A stretch of DNA of 64,000 nt, from NCBI GenBank assembly GCA_035761265.1, contig DASTRL010000250.1:4166-68165 (forward strand). Reading direction: 5' to 3'. The DNA is from Steroidobacteraceae bacterium (GTDB taxonomy: Bacteria > Pseudomonadota > Gammaproteobacteria > Steroidobacterales > Steroidobacteraceae). The notes under the pieces are model-generated. The model was given only the letters and a program-made list of their open reading frames with translations. It did not search any database and was not told the origin of the DNA. Shown here piece by piece: positions 27,998 through 34,312 of the stretch. The translations under genes were made by a program, and so were the position numbers. Within the stretch, counting starts at the first letter, position 1; every line of letters begins with the position of its first letter.

Positions 27998-29524
27998 GTG
28001 GACGTAGCGCGCGTCTGGAGCCGCGCGCAGCTCGGACTCACCGCGCCGCGCGTCGATGTGGAAGTGCACCTGGGCAGCGGCCTGCCGCAGTTCTCGATCG
28101 TCGGACTCCCCGCCACCGCGGTGAAAGAGAGCAAGGATCGCGTGCGCGCGGCGCTGGCGAACGCCAGGTTCGAATGGCCCTCGGGCCGCATCACCGTGAA
28201 TCTCTCGCCCGCCGATCTGCCGAAGGAAGGCTGCCGATACGATCTGCCGATCGCGCTCGGCATCCTGCTCGCCTCTTCACAGGTCAAGGTGCCCGCGACG
28301 CTGCTCGACAGCTGTGAGTTCTATGGCGAGCTCGGGCTCGCAGGGGAGCTGCGCCCCATTCGCGGCGTGGTGCTCGCCGCCGCGCATGCCGCGCGCGCCG
28401 GCAACCGGGTGGTCGTGCCCGTCGAGAATCTCGCCGAGGCGCGCATCGCCGCCTCGAGCGCGGCGCAGGGCTTTTCGAACCTGCTCGACGTCTGCGGGAT
28501 GTTCGCGACCGGTGAGATCACGGCTTCTGCCGTCGACATGGTGCCTCTTGCTGAATGCGCCGCCGTCTCCGCACTCGACCTGAACGACGTGCGCGGCCAG
28601 GCCGCCGCGAAACGCGCGCTCGTGGTCGCCGCGGCGGGTGGGCACAGCCTGCTGCTGATCGGCCCGCCGGGCACCGGCAAGAGCATGCTCGCGCAGCGTC
28701 TGCCGGGACTTCTCCCGAACCTCGAGGGCCTCGATGCGCTCGAAGTGGCCTCGATCGCATCGGTGAGCAACCGGGGCTTTTCGGCGTCCCAGTTCGGCCA
28801 GCGGCCGTTCCGCTCGCCGCACCACACGGCGTCCGCCACCGCGATCATCGGGGGCGGTCCGCATGCGAGGCCCGGTGAGGTCAGCCTCGCGCATCGTGGC
28901 GTGTTGTTCCTCGACGAGCTGCCCGAATTCAACCGCACCGTGCTCGAGTCGCTGCGCGAACCGCTGGAGAGCGGTGTGGTGGCGATCTCCCGCGCCGCAG
29001 CGCAGGTGGAGTACCCGGCACGCTTCCAGCTCGTGGCCGCGATGAATCCCTGTCCCTGCGGTTACCTCGGCGAGCCCACGGGAAACTGTCGCTGCGCGCC
29101 GCCGGAGATCGCGCGCTATCGGGCGCGCGTTTCTGGCCCGCTGCTCGATCGCATCGACCTGCGGGTGGCCGTTCCCGCGGTGCCCAGCGAAGAGCTGTTC
29201 GAGGAAGCCGCGGCGCACGACGCGGCGCTGACCAGCGCAAAGGCCTCGGCCCAGGTGTGCGCGGCGCGCCAGCGGCAGCACGCGCGCGCCGGCAAGCTGA
29301 ACTGCGACTTGGTCGGCCGTGAAATCCAGGAGTTCTGCCCGATCGATCGGCCGGGACGCAGGCTGGTGGCGCAGGCGCGGGCACGGCTTGCGCTGTCCGC
29401 GCGCGGCGTGCATCGCGTGCTGCGTGTCGCGCGCACGATCGCGGATCTCGAGGATGGAGGCGCCAGGAGCGTCGATGTCACGCACCTCGCGGAAGCATTG
29501 CAGTTGCGCCGCGCGATTAGTTAG
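27998..29524 (+). CDS. yifB: YifB/ComM family Mg-chelatase-like AAA+ ATPase
   Basis: 508 aa from GTG 27998 (VDVARVWSRAQLG). Walker A LLIGPPGTGKSML, Walker B VLFLDELPEF and a C-terminal Mg-chelatase domain. Confidence 0.92.
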   Translation: MDVARVWSRAQLGLTAPRVDVEVHLGSGLPQFSIVGLPATAVKESKDRVRAALANARFEWPSGRITVNLSPADLPKEGCRYDLPIALGILLASSQVKVPATLLDSCEFYGELGLAGELRPIRGVVLAAAHAARAGNRVVVPVENLAEARIAASSAAQGFSNLLDVCGMFATGEITASAVDMVPLAECAAVSALDLNDVRGQAAAKRALVVAAAGGHSLLLIGPPGTGKSMLAQRLPGLLPNLEGLDALEVASIASVSNRGFSASQFGQRPFRSPHHTASATAIIGGGPHARPGEVSLAHRGVLFLDELPEFNRTVLESLREPLESGVVAISRAAAQVEYPARFQLVAAMNPCPCGYLGEPTGNCRCAPPEIARYRARVSGPLLDRIDLRVAVPAVPSEELFEEAAAHDAALTSAKASAQVCAARQRQHARAGKLNCDLVGREIQEFCPIDRPGRRLVAQARARLALSARGVHRVLRVARTIADLEDGGARSVDVTHLAEALQLRRAIS

Positions 29525-29529
29525 GGCGC

Positions 29530-29567
29530 AAGGAAAACGGGCCCCGTGATCCGATCAGGGGGCCCGT
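29530..29567 (-). terminator. Rho-independent terminator downstream of cytochrome c5 gene
   Basis: ACGGGCCCC / GGGGCCCGT 9-bp stem (29537-29567). On the minus strand it is followed by TTTTCCTT. Confidence 0.7.
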
Positions 29568-29591
29568 GCTTCGAAGTCCGCGGGAAGCGAG

Positions 29592-30104
29592 CTACTTGTT
29601 CAGCTCGACGATGTGGTCGACCGCCTGCTTGATGAGGTCGTCCGGCCAGTCGGCGCGGCCACCCTTGGCGGGCATCACACCGGTCTTGCCGCTGAAGCCA
29701 TGCAGCGCGTGGTTGTAGAGGGTTTCCTTGCCTTGTGCGATGCGCGGACCCCAGGCGGACTTGTCGCCGACCTTCGGGGCGCCCGCGATGCCTGCCCCAT
29801 GACATGCCGCGCAGGCGGTTTCGTAGGCGGCCGTGCCGTCCTTCGGGATGGCGGCGGCGGGCTGGGCGGAGGCACTGCTCTCGATCTGCAACGCCGAGTT
29901 GTCCTGGCCGGCAACCGCCACGCGGGCGACGGGCTGCAGCCGCTGCTCGACGCTGGCCACGTAGCGCGGATCGTCGGTGACCTGCGCACCCTGGTGCTGC
30001 GCGCCGATGTGACGCGCGAAGGCGAAAAGCCCGATCGTGACGGCAAACAAAACGCCGAGAACGAGGCTGAAATTATTGAAGAATTGGGAGTCCTGCTTGC
30101 TCAT
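29592..30104 (-). CDS. membrane-anchored cytochrome c5 family protein
   Basis: 170 aa from ATG 30104 (the longer track ORF runs into the tRNA). N-terminal TM helix and a single CAACHG heme motif with a downstream Met ligand (GVMPAKGG). Confidence 0.9.
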   Translation of the reverse strand: MSKQDSQFFNNFSLVLGVLFAVTIGLFAFARHIGAQHQGAQVTDDPRYVASVEQRLQPVARVAVAGQDNSALQIESSASAQPAAAIPKDGTAAYETACAACHGAGIAGAPKVGDKSAWGPRIAQGKETLYNHALHGFSGKTGVMPAKGGRADWPDDLIKQAVDHIVELNK

Positions 30105-30132
30105 AGGGCGCGAAGTATATCCATCCAGTATC

Positions 30133-30209
30133 TGGCGCGCCCGACAGGATTCGAACCTGTGACCTACGGCTTCGGAAACCGTCACTCTATCCAGCTGAGC
30201 TACGGGCGC
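30133..30209 (-). tRNA. tRNA-Arg (anticodon CCG)
   Basis: Hand-folded 77-nt cloverleaf: GCGCCCG acceptor, GCTC/GAGT D stem, ACGGT/GCCGT anticodon stem with loop TTCCGAA, ACAGG/CCTGT T stem with TTCGAAT loop, encoded CCA. Nearly identical to enterobacterial tRNA-Arg(CCG). Confidence 0.95.
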
Positions 30210-30230
30210 GGGGGCCAGAATTCTAACGGT

Positions 30231-31205
30231 TTACAGCCAGCCTTTCCGCTTGAAGAAGACCCATGGCCCGATCGCCGAGATCAGCATCAGCCCCATGGCC
30301 GCCCAGAAGCCCCAGGTGTCGTGCAGCCAGGGCATTTTCGAGAAATTCATGCCGAATACGGCGCCGATCACCGAGGGCGGCAGCAGGAACACGGTGACCA
30401 CCGAGAAAATCTTCAGGATGTTGTTCTGGTCGATATTGATGAGGCCGAGCGTGGCATCGAGGATGAAGGACACCTTGGTCCCCAGGAACGAGGCGTGGTC
30501 GCTCATGGCGAGCACGTCGCGGGACAGGGTACGGAAACGCGCGCGCACGTCGTCGGCGATGGGAACCACCGTACTCTGCTGCACGAAGGTCAGCAGTCGC
30601 CCCAGGCTCACCAGGCTTTCGCGGGCCTTGGAGATGAGTTCACCGTTCTGTCCCAGGCGCTCGAGCACCTTGCGGAAGTCGCGGAACGCGCCCCTTTTGC
30701 GGCGCGAGGCGCTGAACACCTCGACGGATGCTCCATCGAGGTCCGTGGCCACCCGCTCGATGACGTCGGCGACGCGATTGACGACGGATTCCACGAGACC
30801 CGCGAGCACCGAAGGCGGCGAATTGCAGGAGTTCGGGTGGCGTTCCGCGTACGCGATGAACCGCCTGAACGGCAGCGGATCGACGTAGCGATTGGTCACG
30901 AGCTTGGCATTGGAAAGGATGAACGTGATCTGCGTGCTCTCGGGCAGGTCCGAATCCAGCTTCGTGACCACGGTGGCCGTCATGTACAGCGCGCCACCCT
31001 CTTCATAGAGCCGGTTCGACGCTTCGATCTCGCGCATCTCGTCGCGCGTCGGCACCTCGATCGACAGGAAGCTCTCGACCTGCTTCTCTTCGCTCGGCGT
31101 GGGCTCGAGCAGGTCCAGCCAGATGGCTTCGCCCGGTATGGCTGCCCCGGAGCGCAATTCGAAGCGCGCCAGTCCTTGGGGTTGAGGAACGAAGGCGCTG
31201 AGCAT
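30231..31205 (-). CDS. corA: magnesium/cobalt transporter CorA
   Basis: 324 aa with the GMNF signature (AVFGMNFSKMP) and two C-terminal TM helices. Confidence 0.95.
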   Translation of the reverse strand: MLSAFVPQPQGLARFELRSGAAIPGEAIWLDLLEPTPSEEKQVESFLSIEVPTRDEMREIEASNRLYEEGGALYMTATVVTKLDSDLPESTQITFILSNAKLVTNRYVDPLPFRRFIAYAERHPNSCNSPPSVLAGLVESVVNRVADVIERVATDLDGASVEVFSASRRKRGAFRDFRKVLERLGQNGELISKARESLVSLGRLLTFVQQSTVVPIADDVRARFRTLSRDVLAMSDHASFLGTKVSFILDATLGLINIDQNNILKIFSVVTVFLLPPSVIGAVFGMNFSKMPWLHDTWGFWAAMGLMLISAIGPWVFFKRKGWL

Positions 31206-31250
31206 CGGAGAGCCGCCCGGTTGCGCCCTGGGGTTCGCAGCGCGACCGCG

Positions 31251-31961
31251 CTAGCGACGCTTCTCGCGGGCAGCGAGATCGTTGATGAGCGCCAGCAGCT
31301 GGCTGCTGCCGCCCGCCTGCGAAACGCTGGTGGAGTACGTTCCGCCGACGATCATGGTGGGCACGCTCGCAATCCCGTAGCTCTCGGTGAACTCCATGGC
31401 CTTGCGCACATTGGCCTCCACCTCGGGAGAGTCATACGCGGCGCTGAATTGCTGCTCGGTGACGCCGTTCTCCTTGAAGAACGCCAGCTGCAGCGCGCGC
31501 GCCTCGGCCTTGTCCTGCGCAGCGAGCATTTTTCCGCCACGGTGAATCGTGTCGAAGACCTTCGGATGCAGATCTTCGCGGCCGAGTTTCTGCAGCGTAT
31601 AGAAGAGCCTGGCGTGCTGCTCGTGTATGGGTCCCCAGATCACCGGGATGCGCACGAATTCGATGAACGCCGGCTTGTCCTTCTTCCAGGCCTCGAGAAC
31701 GGGGTCGAGGGCATAGCAGTGGCCGCAGCCATACCAGAAGACTTCGTTGACCACGACTTTGCCGTTGGCCTCGTGCGTCCTCTGCGGGTATGCCAGCACG
31801 TCGTAGTTGACACCAGCCTGCCACTGGCTGGCAGCAGCCGGCGCTGCCGGCGGGGAGTTCGCCGAATTCGCGCCGGGTGTCGCCGCGCACGCGCGCATCG
31901 AAAACGCCGCGGCCGCCGCCGCTAGGGCGAGCACGCTCGCAATGACGATGCCGCGGTTCAC
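31251..31961 (-). CDS. dsbA: thiol:disulfide interchange protein DsbA
   Basis: Signal peptide and a thioredoxin fold with the active site FWYGCGHCYALDP. Confidence 0.93.
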   Translation of the reverse strand: MNRGIVIASVLALAAAAAAFSMRACAATPGANSANSPPAAPAAASQWQAGVNYDVLAYPQRTHEANGKVVVNEVFWYGCGHCYALDPVLEAWKKDKPAFIEFVRIPVIWGPIHEQHARLFYTLQKLGREDLHPKVFDTIHRGGKMLAAQDKAEARALQLAFFKENGVTEQQFSAAYDSPEVEANVRKAMEFTESYGIASVPTMIVGGTYSTSVSQAGGSSQLLALINDLAAREKRR

Positions 31962-31964
31962 GGA

Positions 31965-32633
31965 TTAACGCAGGCCCTGCACGTATGACGCCAGATTGCG
32001 GATGTCTTCGGGACTCAGCCGCGCAGCGATCGTGGTCATCATCGCGCTGTTGCGCGTGCTGTTCACGACGCCGGGATCGGTGCCATCACGGTAGCGATTC
32101 TTCGTCAGGTAATCCTGAAGCTGCTTCACGGTGTACACCGAATGCTGCGCACGCAGCGCCGGATAGCCGGCGGCCGGATTGCCCTGGCCCGCGGGACCAT
32201 GGCAGGCGGCGCAGGCTGGAATGCTCCGCGTGGTATCGCCGGATCTGTAGAGCGCTTCGCCCGCCTTCCAATAAGAAGGATCGGCTTCGAGGCCCGCGGG
32301 CGTCTGGGTCGCGAAGTACGCCGCCAGGTCTGCGAAGTCCTGCCCGGTGAGCGGGTCGACGATGGGCTGCATCACCGGGTTGTTGCGCTTCTTGGATTTG
32401 AACATCTCGAGCTGCTCGCGGATGTACGCGGCGTTCTGCCCGGCGAGGTTCGGCCATTCCGGATTGGTGCTGTTGCCGTTGACCCCGTGGCAGGCAGTAC
32501 ACACGGCAGCCTTGGAGGCGCCAGCCTCCGCGGAACCCACGATCGGACCCGCGCCAGCAGGGGCAGCCTCCTGCGCGGCGGCGACCTGGGCGAAGCTGAA
32601 CCCGACACTCAACAGCGCGGCGACAATCTTCAT
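31965..32633 (-). CDS. dihaem cytochrome c4
   Basis: Signal peptide MKIVAALLSVGFSFAQVAAA and two CxxCH motifs (CTACHG, CAACHG). The start is ATG 32633, or 32654. Confidence 0.92.
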   Translation of the reverse strand: MKIVAALLSVGFSFAQVAAAQEAAPAGAGPIVGSAEAGASKAAVCTACHGVNGNSTNPEWPNLAGQNAAYIREQLEMFKSKKRNNPVMQPIVDPLTGQDFADLAAYFATQTPAGLEADPSYWKAGEALYRSGDTTRSIPACAACHGPAGQGNPAAGYPALRAQHSVYTVKQLQDYLTKNRYRDGTDPGVVNSTRNSAMMTTIAARLSPEDIRNLASYVQGLR

Positions 32634-32652
32634 GGAAAATCGGCTCTCAATC

Positions 32653-33279
32653 ATGGTCTTGCGGGCTCCCTGGAAGGCCGCGAATTGTACACTAGCCTTC
32701 GTGCAATTCCCCAAAGCGCGCTTCCTGCTCTCGGTGGCGAACGCCGACCAGTTTCCCGCCGAGCCAGGCCGCGAGGTCGCGTTCGCCGGCCGTTCCAACG
32801 CGGGCAAGTCGAGCGCCATCAACTGCATCACGGCGCGACTCGGCCTGGCGCGAACCAGCAAGACCCCGGGCCGTACCAAACTACTGAACTTCTTCGAGCT
32901 CGAGCCCGGCCGTCGCATCATCGACCTGCCCGGCTATGGCTATGCCGAGGCGAGCCCCGCCGAGCGCGAGCAATGGACGCGCCTCATCGAGCTCCTGCCG
33001 GCACGGGAGTTTCTCACCGGCTTGTTCCTCATCGTCGACATCCGGCGGGGGATCACTCCTCAGGACGGACAGCTGATCGCCTGGGCGGCGGCAGCCGGCT
33101 GGCAGGTGCACGTCCTGCTGACCAAGTCCGACAAGCTCAATCAACGCGAACGCTCGGCGGCCCTGAAGGAAGCGCAGCAGAAGCTCGCTCCGGGCATGAC
33201 CGCCCAAGTCTTCTCGTCCCTCGACCGCACGGGCGTGAAAGAGGCGCAATCCCGCCTGCTCGCGATGCTTGGGAACTGA
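32653..33279 (+). CDS. engB: ribosome biogenesis GTP-binding protein YihA/EngB
   Basis: G1 AFAGRSNAGKSS, G3 DLPGYG, G4 TKSDK. The start is ATG 32653, or GTG 32701. Divergent from the cytochrome c4 gene. Confidence 0.92.
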   Translation: MVLRAPWKAANCTLAFVQFPKARFLLSVANADQFPAEPGREVAFAGRSNAGKSSAINCITARLGLARTSKTPGRTKLLNFFELEPGRRIIDLPGYGYAEASPAEREQWTRLIELLPAREFLTGLFLIVDIRRGITPQDGQLIAWAAAAGWQVHVLLTKSDKLNQRERSAALKEAQQKLAPGMTAQVFSSLDRTGVKEAQSRLLAMLGN

Positions 33280-33297
33280 GTTCCGGACTGTTCACGG

Positions 33298-33322
33298 ACG
33301 GCGCCGTTTCGGCGCCGTTTTC
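33298..33322 (+). terminator. Rho-independent terminator of engB
   Basis: ACGGCGCC-GTTTC-GGCGCCGT hairpin followed by TTTCC. Confidence 0.65.
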
Positions 33323-33342
33323 CACCGTGGGCGGCAGCCCTC

Positions 33343-33455
33343 AAAAAGAAAGCCCCGGTGGTAAACCACCGGGGCCAGACTAACCCGGCACAGGTCTCGT
33401 GAACCGGGCTACCCGCTCAGGGAGGGAAGCGGGGAGCGGTTTTACGCGCTCAGGT
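33343..33455 (-). ncRNA. candidate ~113-nt sRNA (sigma-E-type promoter to intrinsic terminator), syntenic with Spot 42/ErsA position
   Basis: A promoter-like element lies at 33458-33485. The predicted transcript has a hairpin exposing the C/U-rich tract CCCGCTTCCCTCCCT (about 33419-33434). A second hairpin is AGCCCGG...CCGGGTT. The terminator is GCCCCGGTGG-TTTA-CCACCGGGGC followed by TTTCTTTTT (33343-33375). No ORF with an RBS. The ends are predictions only. Confidence 0.45.
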
Positions 33456-33457
33456 GT

Positions 33458-33485
33458 TGAGACACCTGGCGTCCGAGAAAGGTTC
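33458..33485 (-). promoter_or_regulatory. sigma-E/AlgU-type promoter (GAACCT-N17-TCTCA)
   Basis: The minus strand reads GGAACCTTTCTCGGACGCCAGGTGTCTCAA. It matches the ECF sigma-E consensus GGAACTT-N16/17-TCnnA and lies 64 nt downstream of the OMP stop. Confidence 0.5.
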
Positions 33486-33548
33486 CAAAATTTCGAAAAA
33501 ACTTTGGCCCAAAATCATGTGGTTACGATGCGACCTGTGGTGCCGATG

Positions 33549-34115
33549 CTACAGAAACGTATACGTGACACTGAGCGACAAGGTGCGCATGTCGTTGTTG
33601 ACGTCGTCGTCGAACGACTCGGCCTTGAACTGCTCGTACTCCAGTCGCGCGCCGATGCTGCCGAAGTGCAGCCCGACACCCAGGCCGTACAGCGGCTCGA
33701 CGCCATCGTCGGAGGTGCTGCCAACCCCGGAGAGACGGAAATCCGAATCCCATTTGGCCACGCCGAGCTTGGCATACAGGTCGACGATGCCGACCTCCGC
33801 GATGAACAGCGCCGAGGCCGTGAGCGCGGTCGAATCGATCGACACGCCGCTGCCGTCATTGAACGACGCCGTACCCAGATCCATGTAGTTTGCCTCGACC
33901 GCGAGCCAGTCGAGCGGCCGGATTCCCGCGATGATCTTGAAGGAACTGTCGTCCAGCGTCTCGCTGTCGTTGATCTGATCGACGCTGAGCTTGAAATCCG
34001 TGCGGGTGACGCCGGCGCCCAGATAAAAGCCGTTGTCCGCGGCTCTTGCCTCGGGTGCAAAAGCGGCCAGTGCGATGGTGCCGAGCAGCGCGAGCGCGGC
34101 GAACTTCATGTTCAT
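33549..34115 (-). CDS. small outer-membrane beta-barrel protein (OmpA-like beta-barrel / porin family PF13505-like)
   Basis: 188 aa with a signal peptide ending ARA-AD, alternating amphipathic beta strands and a C-terminal aromatic (SLSVTYTFL). Confidence 0.88.
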   Translation of the reverse strand: MNMKFAALALLGTIALAAFAPEARAADNGFYLGAGVTRTDFKLSVDQINDSETLDDSSFKIIAGIRPLDWLAVEANYMDLGTASFNDGSGVSIDSTALTASALFIAEVGIVDLYAKLGVAKWDSDFRLSGVGSTSDDGVEPLYGLGVGLHFGSIGARLEYEQFKAESFDDDVNNDMRTLSLSVTYTFL

Positions 34116-34155
34116 GTGAGACCTCTCCTACGGTGGTTAGGAACAGCGGTCCGGA

Positions 34156-34183
34156 TTAGAGAACGAAATGCATTAACGGTTCC
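34156..34183 (-). promoter_or_regulatory. sigma-E-type promoter upstream of the OMP gene (GGAACC-N17-TCTAA)
   Basis: The minus strand reads GGAACCGTTAATGCATTTCGTTCTCTAAT. The predicted start is about 35 nt upstream of the ATG, with a GGAGAGG RBS in between. Confidence 0.5.
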
Positions 34184-34312
34184 TGAACCGCATGATCACA
34201 TTGTGACGCGCCGCTCGTTTCGCCGCACGCACTGTCGTCGCACGCCGACAAACAAACTCTGTTAGGCGGGGCGGGAGATACCGGCAGTATCACCGCACGC
34301 TACCGGGGCTCG

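Noticed and set aside
30133-30209. tRNA-Arg as an integration site for a genomic island
   Set aside because: No integrase, no partial tRNA repeat and no compositional shift occur in the flanks. The neighbours (cytochrome c5, corA, dsbA) are core genes.
29613-31925. 770-aa plus-strand ORF spanning the cytochrome c5, tRNA-Arg, corA and dsbA region
   Set aside because: It is antisense to four well-supported features, including a tRNA. The translation is Arg/Gly/His/Asp-rich low complexity with no motifs, a typical stop-free shadow frame of high-GC DNA.
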